From Neodothiora populina (Eukaryota): 64,000 nt of DNA. Below, in pieces: positions 49,101 to 61,361 of this stretch. The first letter of the stretch is position 1. The number at the start of each line of letters is the position of its first letter. A program made the position numbers and the translations under genes. The stretch spans positions 1,364,001 through 1,428,000 of the forward strand of contig NW_027191404.1 in assembly GCF_041146345.1 (NCBI RefSeq). The letters run 5' to 3'. The notes under the pieces were generated by a model, which saw nothing but the letters and a program-made list of their open reading frames with translations, searched no databases and had not been told where the DNA came from.

Positions 49101-51383
49101 GTGCCTGTCCTGAGACAAGTATCGATCCAAGAAGCTTTTGGTATTATATCGTTCCGGCACACAACGAGAAGGTCCACAAGCTGACTATCAAGCACGTCCT
49201 GCTCGATCTCAACGTCCTCTTCTTCAAGCTCTTCCTTGGTAAGAGAGATAGCACGAATGACTTTTTGCAGGTCGTGACGGCCGGTCTTTGAGGCTACAGC
49301 AGGGCTTTCCTTTGTCTCGAGTTCAACCTCAGAACACCATTGGTACAGGCCCTTGATGATGGTTTCGGCAGTCTGCTTTGGCTGGTCCAGGTAAACTCGA
49401 GTCAACGACTTGGTTGCTTCCTTCCTGGTCTTGGCGGGAACGTTTGCTGCGACGGCAGAATAGATGAAACCTTGTGACCAAGCTTGTGACTTGGGACTGG
49501 GAGCAGATATGAGACCGGAAGCACTCGCGGACAAAGCTCGTATGAACCAGAGCAAGTCTTCTTCTGCGGTGAATTTCGTGTACACGCGAGAGTTAAGCAG
49601 GAAGGAGGGCTTGGGTTTGAGGGTACTGGAACTATCCAACACGGATGCTTTCTTGATTGTCGCCGCATTCTTCAAGTCACTCAAATCTGCGAATTTGGTA
49701 AGGCAAAGAGCAGTCACCGCACAGGCCACAGGCGCTAAGCCACTCTGCGTTGCAGCCACGGGATTTGCGACAACTTCGTTGAAGATGTCTATCAACTTGC
49801 CAATGGTCGCATCTATGAAAGGCAGGACGTTAGGGGCTCGGAGCTTCTTCTCCGGCAATTGCCAGAATATGTCGGCAAGCCCGAAGGCCCAGAGTTTGCG
49901 AATGGGCAAGCGCTTCTCGCCAAGACCCTTGACAAAAGCGTCCGTAGTCTCTTTTCCTGGTGCAATGGACTGCTTTAGACCCCAGCGCAGATGTTTTGCA
50001 ATTGCAGATATTTCAGCAGAAGCGACAGGTTCGTTGGCTTCCTTGACAGCCATGACAGCGAGACCTTGGGGAATAGAAAGCGCAAGCTTCTCAGTAGTGT
50101 GCACAGAGGAAAGCATCTGGGCGAAGATAACTCTGTGATCGGCTGAGGGAAGCTTTCCTTGCTTCAAGGGAGCCAGGATGTCCTCGGCAGCCTTCTCTAC
50201 CAGCTTTGCGCTGTCATCGTCGTGACCCGAACGTTCGGCAACGGCAGTGAATGTACCGAGAGCACCTGAGCGGATGGTTGCGTTGGTAGATTTGGCGCTT
50301 GCGCTCAAGGGCTTCAGGAAATTGTTGGCGAGTATATCGGCAAGATCAATGTCCAGATCGATTGTTTCGATCATTGGGGCGATCAGGTCGTCCAGTACGA
50401 CCTCGGGAGCTCTCAGCAATGCTTTTTCGATGGCAGGCACGATGTCCTTCTTCAAGTCGTCGAAGGTCACGAAAGACTCGAAATAGTCGGACATGCCAGC
50501 TGCAATGAATCTGGGTAGCTTTGCCTTCGAACCGATGATTTCGCGGAGGTAGAAGGTGTTGTAGTCGGATTTGCGAGCCTCTAGCAGAGGTCTGCATTTC
50601 TCAAGGCGGGTGCTGACACCTGCAATGATGCCGAGGAGGAGGATGTTCTGCGGTACTGGGATGGATGCCTTTGCGGTGAGAGCAGTGACGCTCTGGTTCA
50701 AGGCCTCTTCTCCATTTTCTGACTGGAGCAACTTCCTGAATCCCCGCCGCGTGACACGCAGCTGAGTCTGCTTTGGACTTGATCGAGGCGTCGAACCCTC
50801 AAAGGTGTATGTGAGCCGCACCAAGGCATGGACAATCTTCAATCCCCATGATTCCCACAACTTCTTGTTCAATGCGAACTGCTGTAAGAAAAGCGAGCCC
50901 CATCGGATCAGCACCAGTGCGCTGCCAGGCGCAATTGCTGTCTTCTTTGATTCTGCTTCGTATCTGGCCAGGAAGGGAGAGAGTTTGTCCTCTGCATCGG
51001 GAGCGGCGAGGATAGTAGTAAGACAGTCCTCGGCCGTGTGTCTCGAATTAGTGTCGACATAGAGAGCGTGGGTCTCGAAGATTATGTTCAGGATATCGGG
51101 TAATTGGTCTGTCGAGATGTCTGTCACATAGAAAAATGTATCAAATCAGTTGAGTGTTCTTCAATCAAGAGATAGACCACATTGGCTTTCCACAGCTACT
51201 AGTCTGCTGGCATGGAACGGGCTATTATCTACATCTCACTACCAATTCCATACCTTTGTTCGTGATTTTCTCGCGCAAGTTGTGCAACTCAGCAGCCCGT
51301 TTTTTGCTCGAGTTGGACAACAGAAATTCACGGAGGTGTACCACATCTAGCGATTTCTCGCCGTTAGTAACTCCATCCGCCAT
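43151..51383 (-). CDS. GCN1: Translational activator Gcn1 (HEAT repeats)
   Basis: Exons 51383-51254, 51120-43905, 43847-43151. Motifs RRGAAYGLAG, WRSKKGACDSLGAMAY, HYLDAPSLAL, QITGPLIRVVSER, KPFLPQLQRTF. Confidence 0.97.
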
Positions 51384-51665
51384 ACTGTCGTGTCTTTCTC
51401 TGTATAATCGTCCCCTCAAAAGCGTCTTATGACAGATGAATGCCGCCTCTTGTGAATCTTCAAAATGAGCTTTGGGCGGCGTCTCAATTCGGCCAAGCCG
51501 CCGCCATTTGCATCTCCGTCTGGGGAAAACACGTCATTTCACCAACAAATCCATTTCTACCCCTCCACTAATTAAACAAATGCCACTCCTTTTCTTCATA
51601 TCAATCTGCGAGACATCCGGGTGATCCTCCGCACACGAGCTTCCTGCTGGTCAAAGGTCACTGTC

Positions 51666-54600
51666 ATGGTCGCCAAAAAGAAGAAATCCAAGCCAGCTGC
51701 AAACCCGGCTCGTGGTTTTGCAACTACAAGTATCGTCTCTAAGTCGAGAGTAGATTCCGAGAACGCCACTGTTGATACCACTGCCATCAACACTGCCGCG
51801 GAGAACTCAGGTGTAGCTTCCCCGGCACTCGCTTCCAATGTTGCTACGCTCGCATCTTCTGATAAGAAAGCAAGCGTGCCCGCAAAGGAAGCTGCAGCAA
51901 AAGAGCTTCATGAACTAAATCCTGAAGAGCTCGAGGCTCAGCTGAATCTTTCTGATCTGCAGAATCTAGTGGAACAACAAGGTCCTAAAGTGAAGAAGGA
52001 GTCTTCCCGCCAGGTGTCGCGCTTGCAGACTGATCGACGTGTCCTACGTTCGCAAGCCGATTTACTGACTGTGAGGGAATGGCTGCCAGATGAACTCATG
52101 CAACAAATCATTGATTTGGCTTTAGAAGAAGAGCGTACAATTGCTGCCAACAGCAACCCCACCGCGCTCAAACGCTTCAGCGAGGATGAACTGCTATCGA
52201 GAACATGGCAGTTGCACCTTGCTCTGATTGATCTCGACATACCCGGGGAACAGACGCAAAAGGTTCTTCAATATATATTAGCAAATCCGCCCGCGGATGA
52301 AGCTGGTAACTTCATCTGGGCCCTTCCTGAAGCTCTTGATTGGCTTGCCATACATTGTGAGTCTGGTCAGCTGCTCGGTTATGATACTCAAAAGCCCAAG
52401 CCTCAATCTACGATACCAGGTAAGTTGTTACATCGAGCATATTCGGTCCACGAATGCTTTTCCTTTTTTCGTCCGGTATCTGATTCAACCAGAGACGGCA
52501 AGTGCAGAAGATGATGACGCGCGTGAGGACTGGAAGAAGGCTAAGCAGAGGGAAGCCGCTACAAAGCCTGAACCATCCTCGGCCGCTCCTGTCATTGACG
52601 ACATACAAGTCAGCGATGCAGATAGTGACATGGACCCCGATGAGATGATTTCAACATACCTTCGCACCAAGGCGAGGCTGTTTGATCGTAGTCCAGATCT
52701 CGTAACCGAGCCTCTTATTAAGGGAAACAAGAAATCGAAGAAGTTGCAGACGAGACCCACTACTGTCAACGCGAAAGCAACGCCTGGCGAGGCCAAATTA
52801 CAACAAAGGCTCAAAAAGCTAGAGTCTGATGCTCTATTCGATCAATATACAGCCGATCTCAAATGGCTGGAACAGAGAAATGAACTTATGCAGGAACGAT
52901 CTGAAAGAAGGCGCCTGCGTCTTGACGAGGAACGCAAAGACACACCGCAGTCTGCGAGTTCGCCAAGTGGACACCCGTTGGACAGGCCTGCTGAGAGTAG
53001 CGCGACTGACGATATAATGGCCGAGGCTGAACGAGAGGCTCAAAAACTGTTGGCTGAGATGGAAGAAGACGACGGAATATCTGGCATGTTCGGCGAGCCT
53101 ACCGAATCTACTTCACGAGAAGACGGCGCCCCTGGAGACACGGGTGCCACGAATATCAGTGTAAGTATCCGGAACTTTGGCAAAATCACCGGCATCAGTC
53201 CTCGCAGAACTTTCGAAGAAGCATGTCGATCACGAGATTCTGGTGCCAAAGTATACTTCAAATTGGTCTCGCCAACGACATACTCGGCACGACACTCGGT
53301 GACTGTGACATGGTCAAAAGACCAGGATGCTGTAGACCCTGCTCTCATAGATGGGGTCAAGGTTCAGTCCTCCACGCGCAAGACTATCGTCACGATGACG
53401 GGTATTGCGTGCCCTGACACATCTCAAAGCGAAGCGTATGTCTCGACGGTGTCCTTGTTTCTTCTATTCTCTAGCTCGCCGAAGGAGGAGCGAGTTGCTC
53501 TGCGCTTGCCGCCAGCTTTCAGGGACTTATGGCAAGAATTCATCGACGCTCGCCGTGAGAAACGCGACTCCGCCGATAGGGATACCGTGAAGTCGCTTAG
53601 AGAGCTGATTCGTCTCCAGACAGAGGAAGAAGCGGATGAGGATATTGTTCTTACCGCAGGGTTCAGGAATCGCCAGAAAGGTCTCAGTGGTGTTTCTACC
53701 CCTGTAGAGGGTGAGAAGAAAGACGGGCGGCCAGCTTTAGAGGAGTCGCAGGCATTGAAAGATATGTGGCTACGCAAAGCTTCGACGCCGTCTTATCAGA
53801 GCATGCTTCAAAGCAGGATGAACCTTCCTATGTACCAATTCAGGGATGTCGCCCTTGACATCATAGAGAAGAATCCGGTCACTATTTTGTGTGGTGAGAC
53901 CGGTTGTGGCAAATCGACTCAGATGCCTGCATTCATTCTTGAGCACGAGTTGTCTCGCGGCCGGCCCTGTAAGGTCTATTGCACCGAGCCCAGACGTATT
54001 TCTGCCATCTCTTTGGCTCAACGTGTGAGCGAAGAGATGGGAGATGACAAAGGTGCAGTCGGCACCTCAAGATCACTGGTCGGCTATTCTATTCGGCTTG
54101 AGTCCCATACAACCGCGCAGACCCGCCTCGTCTACGCCACTGTCGGTATTGTTCTTCGCATGCTCGAGTCTGCCAAGGGTATCGACGATGTGACACATCT
54201 CGTCATCGATGAAATCCATGAGCGGAGCATCGACACCGATTTCCTTCTCATTGTCTTGCAATCGCTGTTGCTTCGCCGTCCCGATCTTAAGGTCGTATTG
54301 ATGAGTGCTACAGTGGACGCACAGCGTTTCTCAAGCTACTTGGGCAACGCTCCAATTGTCACCGTTCCTGGTCGCACGTTTCCGGTACAAGCAAAATTCC
54401 TCGAAGATGCAATCGAAGTCACCGGCCACACTATAGATACAGGCAACAAGCGCCCTGCCATGGAGGATGACGAGGATGACATTGACCGCACTGTAGATGG
54501 AGCGAAGGAGGGTTCCAAGCAGTTGTCTGGTTACAGTGCCAAAACGCGCGCAACATTGGCCGATTTTGACGAATATGGGATTGACTACGAACTGATCGTA

Positions 54601-56220
54601 AAACTTCTTGCACAAGTTGCTTACAACCCTACGTATACTCAGTTCAGCCAAGCCATCTTGGTCTTTCTGCCAGGTCTTGCAGAGATCAGGCAATTGCACG
54701 ACGCTTTGCTGGGACATCCCTCTTTTGCACAAGGCTGGCTGTTCTATCCGCTTCACTCAACTTTCTCCAGCGAAGATCAACAAGCAGCTTTCAATGTTCC
54801 GCCAAGAGGCATGCGAAAGATTGTACTAGCCACTAACATAGCTGAAACTGGTATCACAATCCCTGATGTGACCTGCGTGATTGATACAGGCAAACACAAG
54901 GAGATGCGATTTGACGAGAGACGCCAGTTGTCACGACTGATACAATCATTCATATCTCGAGCGAATGCAAAGCAGCGTCGTGGACGTGCTGGACGTGTCC
55001 AAGAGGGCATCTGCTTTCATTTATTCACCAAGTATCGCCATGACAACATCATGGCAGAGTCACAGACCCCCGAGATGCTTCGTCTGTCGCTACAAGACTT
55101 AGTCATGCGAGTCAAGATCTGCAAGCTTGGTGACATTGAGCATGCATTGTCACAGGCTCTGGATCCTCCTTCACTGAAGAACATCAGACGGGCTATCGAT
55201 GCCTTGATTGACGTCGACGCACTGACCCAGAACGAGGAATTGACACCGCTTGGACAACAGCTCGCGAAACTACCGCTTGATGCACAATTGGGAAAGCTGA
55301 TCCTTCTCGCCTCTATTTTCAACTGTGCCGACTTTGCTCTTACGACGGCTGCGATTCTGTCTTCTAAATCACCATTCCTGTCTCCCATGAATGCTAAGAA
55401 GCAAGCAGATACAGTTCGTCTTGGCTACAAGCGAGGCAACTCGGACCTTCTGACTGCTTACAATGCATATCTCACCTGGAAGAAGATCTGCCAAACCCCA
55501 GGCCAGTCAGAGTTTCAGTTCTGCAAGAAGAACTTCCTGTCGCCACAGAATCTCTCCAACATTGAAGACCTGAAAGGCCAACTCCTATCGTCTCTATCAG
55601 AGGCTGGTTTTGTCCATCTCAGCCCGGCGGAGAGGCAAGCGCTTAGTCGAGTCCGCGGATCATCCTCTGGTCGCGGAACTCGCAATTTCGTACAAGTCCC
55701 TGCAGGATGGGATCAAAACACAGAGAACGATCTTCTCCTGAATTCGGTCACTGCATGGTCTTTCTACCCGAAAGTCTTGCAGCGCGATGGCAAGGGCTGG
55801 CGTAACATTGGCAACAACCAATCCATCTCCTTACATCCCACATCTGTCAACAAGGGCAATAATTCTCTGGACGCGAAATTGCTGTCTTTTTACAGCATCA
55901 TGCAGAGCGCATCACGCTTCACGAATGCACAGGAGACTAGTCCAGTCGAGGCCATGGCGCTGGTATTACTCGCAGGCGACGCTCGCTTCGATGTCTATAG
56001 CGGCGTCATCGTCATCGACGGTAACAGGCTACGATTCAAGGTCTCCAGCTGGCGCGCCATGGTTGCACTGAAGATGTTGAGGGCACGAATGCGGGATATA
56101 CTCGCCAAGAGCATGAAAAATCCCGGTCGTGTGATGGGTCCACGACAGAGAGAATGGATGGACGTATTTGTGAGCATGTTTGAGCGTGTAGATAAAGAGA
56201 GGCGATTGGGCAAAGCATAA
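51666..56220 (+). CDS. DEAH/RHA helicase, DHX29-like
   Basis: Exons 51666-52419 and 52493-56220. Motifs GETGCGKSTQ, DEIHERS, MSAT, LATNIAETGITI, QRRGRAGRV, plus an HA2/OB tail. N-terminal KKKSKPAANPARGFATTS and a dsRBD-like segment fit fungal DHX29-like proteins. Confidence 0.85.
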
Positions 56221-56391
56221 ACGGCAACCAACAAAAGGACAAGGTGCCATTATTGGATTTTTCTGTTTCCCTACTGTACGAGTTCGTTGCTGTCAAGGGA
56301 AATTTAGACATAGAAAGGTCTTCAGCAGACCGGTAAAATCAGCACCAAAAAAAAGGCTTCTGCTTCAAAATGATCAAAACTATCCTATGTT

Positions 56392-56419
56392 TTCTTGTTC
56401 ACAAGTTCTTGTTCACAAG
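56392..56419. repeat. Tandem 14-bp duplication TTCTTGTTCACAAG x2
   Basis: Copies at 56392-56405 and 56406-56419. Each contains the inverted repeat CTTGT-TC-ACAAG. Confidence 0.8.
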
Positions 56420-56519
56420 ACACTAATTATTACTTTCGAACACTACAACTTCACCGATTCCTATGAGAATCAGAATAAAAGGAAAGTAAACAAAAAGAGC
56501 AAAAGTTGAAGTTCATATT

Positions 56520-56591
56520 TAGCTAAGCTTGGTTTCGATCCAAGGCCCTCCGGGTTATGAGCCCGGCGCGCTTCCGCTGCGCCACTCAGCT
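56520..56591 (-). tRNA. Initiator tRNA-Met (CAT)
   Basis: AGCTGAGTGGCGCAGCGGAAGCGCGCCGGGCTCATAACCCGGAGGGCCTTGGATCGAAACCAAGCTTAGCTA. Initiator features: A1:U72, GGG/CCC anticodon stem, GATCG T-loop. T-runs follow downstream. Confidence 0.97.
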
Positions 56592-57461
56592 GCTTCGGTG
56601 ATAATTCGGAAGGGTGAGCTTAAATATATTGCTACTACCACAAACTGATGTTCGAAAAGATATCGCAATCGATGGACCATAGGTTTTGTGTCAAGTGGTC
56701 CCGTAATAATTTCTCTGTTCCACGAAATGTACAAGGCCTAGAACTATGTCTCTCGACCCTTCACTTGTTCATCCCACCACAAAGATCGAACTGTTTCATT
56801 GCGCCCAGAAGGGCAAAATAGTAATTTATGCAATGCGTCTCTGATATCCAATGTGCTATAACCCGATCAGCGTCTCCTGGGGTCTGGTCTTCCTCTCTTG
56901 CTCTCTCTTTATCTTTCTGTTATGTCCACGCAGCTCTGGGTCATATTGGCGCATTCTTCGTTGTTGCTGCGAATGATAGTCGTAATGGGATATCTTCCTC
57001 TATGCGTCCATAGGTTCAAGCGCCTCAAGGCTAATGATGCGACTTGCTAATATGTCTCAAGCGCGCTTGAAAGGTGTATGTCAAATGATGATAGGTCAAC
57101 CCTGTCGACAGGTTGTGGAGATGCCCCAATGGTCTTTTGACCTCTCGATGGATTTCGAATATACTTCATCAGGAATAATTGCGTTGGCGTCGCAATTCGG
57201 TCAAAAGAGGCGCGGCACGACGCGTCCGATTCTTCGTATATAGCATAGTAGGACCATGTCTTTTTGACCAGCGACAGTGCCACATGGACGCTGACGAAGC
57301 CGGTGCGATTAGCTTTGGGCTCGATAGTGATGAAGTGTCCCAAGGTCGTCAAATAGCGAACACCCACGGCTGCGCCAGTATGATTGCTAATTGTCAGAGG
57401 CGGTGTGAATCGTAAGAACACTATGCAGTGTTTCAAGTGTTATATCGGTAGATGCACAGTC

Positions 57462-58058
57462 TCATTCCGCGAGCTCTTTCCAAGGATCCTCGATGAAACT
57501 GGGCATAAAGTACGCCATATCCCCTCTTGCATTTTGCACGCCTCGTCTCGACTTCGCCAATTCTTCACGGCTGGGCATGCCCTGAGGCCATGATTCGGCT
57601 CCTGCACCGCCGTAGTACTCGATCGCTGGTGTTGCTAGGACTGTCTCTGCAGCAAGAGGTTGCGACGGCACTACAGCTGGGGGCGCCTGCGAAGTGACAC
57701 TCTCTCCCCAGGCAATGTAGTCTGCCAGTCCAAGTGGAGGCCCGCCCTGCTTCTTCTTGCCCTTTGTCTTCTTCTTCTCGTCCCGCACATCTGTCTCGAC
57801 TTGGGTGATTTCGCCATTTGCATCGACATCGACATCGACGTCGGCACCTTGAGCTTGCACCTTACTGCGCACACCCAGAGCTGTCGTGTTCGCGCCACTT
57901 CCACTGGGCTGCTGGGCGCTGTCATCGTCGCGACTCTGGCCATCAACAAAGGTGTCGGCGTCATGGTTATATTTGCGTCGCTTGCTGTTGGGCTGAGCAC
58001 CAAAGCCTGTAAAGCCCATCGCTGCTGCGATCTCGGGGTCTATCTCCGAGTCATCCAT
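57462..58058 (-). CDS. Uncharacterised 198-aa low-complexity protein with MGFxGFG and YFxPSxxEDPW motifs
   Basis: Clean ATG-to-TGA ORF with protein-like composition. It has NLS-like KRRK and KKKTKGKKK, and two conserved-looking terminal motifs. Confidence 0.8.
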   Translation of the reverse strand: MDDSEIDPEIAAAMGFTGFGAQPNSKRRKYNHDADTFVDGQSRDDDSAQQPSGSGANTTALGVRSKVQAQGADVDVDVDANGEITQVETDVRDEKKKTKGKKKQGGPPLGLADYIAWGESVTSQAPPAVVPSQPLAAETVLATPAIEYYGGAGAESWPQGMPSREELAKSRRGVQNARGDMAYFMPSFIEDPWKELAE

Positions 58059-58670
58059 GTTCGTGGTTTTTGTCGCGACAGGCAGTTCAATACAGTATCA
58101 TATCCGGTTGTTCAGTAGCATAAAGATATGGTAGAGTATTGTTATTCCCCACATGCGGAAGGGAGTGCCACTCCAGCTGTGGCTGGTGCTTCTGTCAAGC
58201 CACTGTCGGATATATACTTATATTCACGTATCCAGAGGATGCTTTTTAGCTCTCCCGCCGAGTTGTCAATGAATGCAGCAACTGGAGAGACTACTCCGTA
58301 CCAGAGCCTTTGCTTCTCGAAGGCTACGGCGTTCTCATGCTTTTCGACAGCCTCTTGTGCTTAGTACCTGATGGCGTGTGTGTATCGAAGAACTAATAGT
58401 ATGGCTGGTACTGACCATGCTTATGGCATCCTTTAGTCCACTATTGCCACAAAAGCGTGCCAGCTCAATTGCCGAACGGCTGTCAAACGCAACATGAGGC
58501 ATTGTACATCCTCCAGGTACCCCGCTCCCACTCCGAAACCGAGTCCATCCTCCCACGTCCGATGTACAATTGAGGTAAGTCGAGACAGCCTTGTGTCAGA
58601 TCATGGCTCCTGATTTCTTTCCTCGTTTCCTCTCGCATTTCTTGTGGCTCTCTTGCATATCATCGTAGCC

Positions 58671-60094
58671 ATGGGCGCCAGGTTCAATATCATAATCGTA
58701 GGCGGTGGTCTCGCCGGCCTCGCCAGTGCTCTCTTCCTCCGACGACATGGTCACATTGTCACTGTCATAGAAGCGGCAAAGCAGCTCAGTGAAGTCGGTG
58801 CGGGCATCCAGATCCCACCTAACGGTACGCGGATTCTGGATCTGTATGGCTTGATGCCTAAGCTGGAGGAGATCGTGGTGAAACCTTCGCATATCAATCT
58901 TCGGAGATACGCGAATGGAGTGCCAATTGGCAAGACACCACTTGTGCCTGAGATGGTTGAGTCTTTTGGATTCCCGTAGGTCGCCTTTTGGGTTTTTTAA
59001 GAGGCTTCGTCGATACATGTGGTCTCGAGATGTTGCATGATCGACGTCTTTGACATGTTTACCTACCTTCTTATATATTAGGGACGTGTTCTGACGTGTC
59101 TAGATACTGGGTGATTCACCGTGCGGACTACCTCAATTTACTCCACAAGGCGGCCCTGGATGCAGGAGTACAGATCCGCCTGGCTTGCAAAGTTATAGAC
59201 GTCGATGAAGAGGCAGTGTCAGTCTTGCTGGAAGACGGGACAAGGCTCCATAGCGATCTGATCATTGGTGCGGACGGGATCAGATCCCCGATGCGAGCTT
59301 CGATTCTCGGAAGCGAAAATGTCGAAGTCATATCGTCCCCGAACTGTGCCTACAGAGCAATAATCTCACGAGAGAAGATGATGTCCGACCCACGCTCGGC
59401 GGAACTGATGAACAGCCCAGCTGCAGATTGCTGGATCGGACCAGGACGCCACATCATGAGCTATCCGATCCGAGGAGGCACCTCTTACAACATAGTCATG
59501 TCACATCCCGGAAAAGCGAGTGTTGGGAAGTGGAACGAACCAGGCGACATTGGCGAGATGAACCGGACATATGAGAAATTCGATACTGTCATCAGGCATA
59601 CGATGAGCTACATAGACACGGCACTGAAATGGACCTTGGCAGATATACCTACACTTCCACGCTGGCGTTCTCATAGCGGTCGTGTAGTGCTTGTTGGAGA
59701 TGCAGCTCATGCCATGTTACCTTATCTTTCACAAGGTGCAGCACAGGCCATGGAAGACGCCGCGATTTTAGCCCAATGTTTAGACAGGGCAGGTCATGTC
59801 GACGACCTACCCCGCCTTCTGGCAGCCTATGAGGTGATTCGCAAACCAAGGGCAGAAAGGCTCCAGCAGGGCGCGAGGAGAAACGGTGTAGTCTGGCACT
59901 TTGCGGATGGTGAAGACCAACAGAGGAGGGACTGGGCAATGCAAGGAGACCTCAAGGAAGGAGAAGTGAATCCGAATGTGTGGGCAGACAAGGGGTTTCA
60001 GCCCTGGTTGTTTGGCTATGATGCCGTCAAAGACGCGAATGAGAGACTAGAAATCATCCTGAGGCAACAGCAGCAGCCTCAGAGCCGGCTATGA
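58671..60094 (+). CDS. FAD-dependent monooxygenase (salicylate-hydroxylase-like) with C-terminal PTS1
   Basis: Exons 58671-58975 and 59104-60094. Motifs IIVGGGLAGL, EVGAGIQIPPN, LIIGADGIRS, VLVGDAAHAMLPYLSQGAAQAMEDA. Ends in SRL-stop. Confidence 0.93.
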
Positions 60095-60518
60095 TCTTGT
60101 TCTTGATTCCACTTACACATTGCATGCTTGTCTCGGCGATATAAAGAAGACGACTTCTCAATTTCTTCTCTTACAACCATCTCCTTGATAGTCCATCTAG
60201 GGTGCTATTCCATGGGATAAGCAGGATGAACTTGTCTATGCAAGATCTCACAGAGCGCACTCGCTCATTAAACATCGATCTTGGATCTGGACAGTCAACC
60301 CCGACCAGGGTCGCCGTCAAGCGCAAGAGAGTCAGGTAAGAATGCAAACACAAAACAAACGTCCACGCCAAGGATCGTGCTCCGTTCATCCTATCATCTT
60401 CCACATGATCAATCAAGATCAATCCATCATCCTTTTTCGCATTATCACAAGTCCATCACTCGTTATCTGTGTTTGATCCGGATTCAACGTCTCACGCGAA
60501 AGATACAGATTTCACAAA

Positions 60519-61361
60519 ATGTCCTCTCGTGGCGGTACCACTCTTTACGTTACTGGGTTTGGCCCAAGCACACGCGCCCGTGATTTGGCCTATGAATTCG
60601 AGCGATACGGACGTCTTGTTCGTTGCGACATTCCAGCTCCTCGCACTTCATCTAGCAGACTGTAAGCTCATCGAAGTTGTGGGTAGGTAGACAGGACATG
60701 AGTGCTGACGATACCGCAGTTTCGCCTTTGTTGAATACGAGAGTCGTCGCGATGCCGATGATGCCTACCACGAGATGCACAACCGCAGCATTTCCCGCAG
60801 CGAAGTCCTGAAGATCGAGGTGCGCATCCGGTTCATTCTTTCTGTTCATCTTGCAGCATTCTCACTGACACTGCCTCTTTCCAGTGGGCTCGTACTCCTC
60901 CATCAGCCTCCTGGCGCTTCGATTCTGGCGCTGACCGCCCTCGCGCCCCTCGTCGCGACCGTTCTCCCCGTGGCTCGCGCCGCTCCATGTCGCCTCCTCG
61001 TCGTTCTCGCGGTGATTACTCGCCTCGCAAGGATGATCGTCGCGAGCGCGACTACGATCGCCGGGACCGAACCCGCAGCCCTGTCGACGACCGTGAGCGC
61101 GAGCCCCGTGATGCCGACGTCAAGGATCGCGATGATGACCGTGAACGAGAGCGCGAGCGTGAGCCTGTCCCTGAGCGCGAGGGTGAGGAGCGTGAAGAGC
61201 GCGATGACCGCAAGGAGCGTGAGAACGGCACAAATGGCGATGAGCGTAAGGGTGAGCATCTTCTGCCTCTTTGATTACGTTCTGACAAACACTGACCTTG
61301 GCCAGAAGCACCTGCTGAATCTCCCCAACCCGCCCACGATGACCTTGACACTGCGGAGTAG
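60519..61361 (+). CDS. SR-family splicing factor (Srp1-like; single RRM plus RS/RD/RE tail)
   Basis: Exons 60519-60661, 60720-60819, 60885-61251, 61306-61361. [14 protein letters not shown]...[14 protein letters not shown]...[22 protein letters not shown]...[16 protein letters not shown]. Not captured by the ORF track because of the introns. Confidence 0.92.

Noticed and set aside
60820..60856. Alternative acceptor (TTGCAG) in SR-gene intron 2
   Set aside because: It would give a 37-nt intron with no clear branch site; the downstream CTGAC...CCAG acceptor fits the frame.
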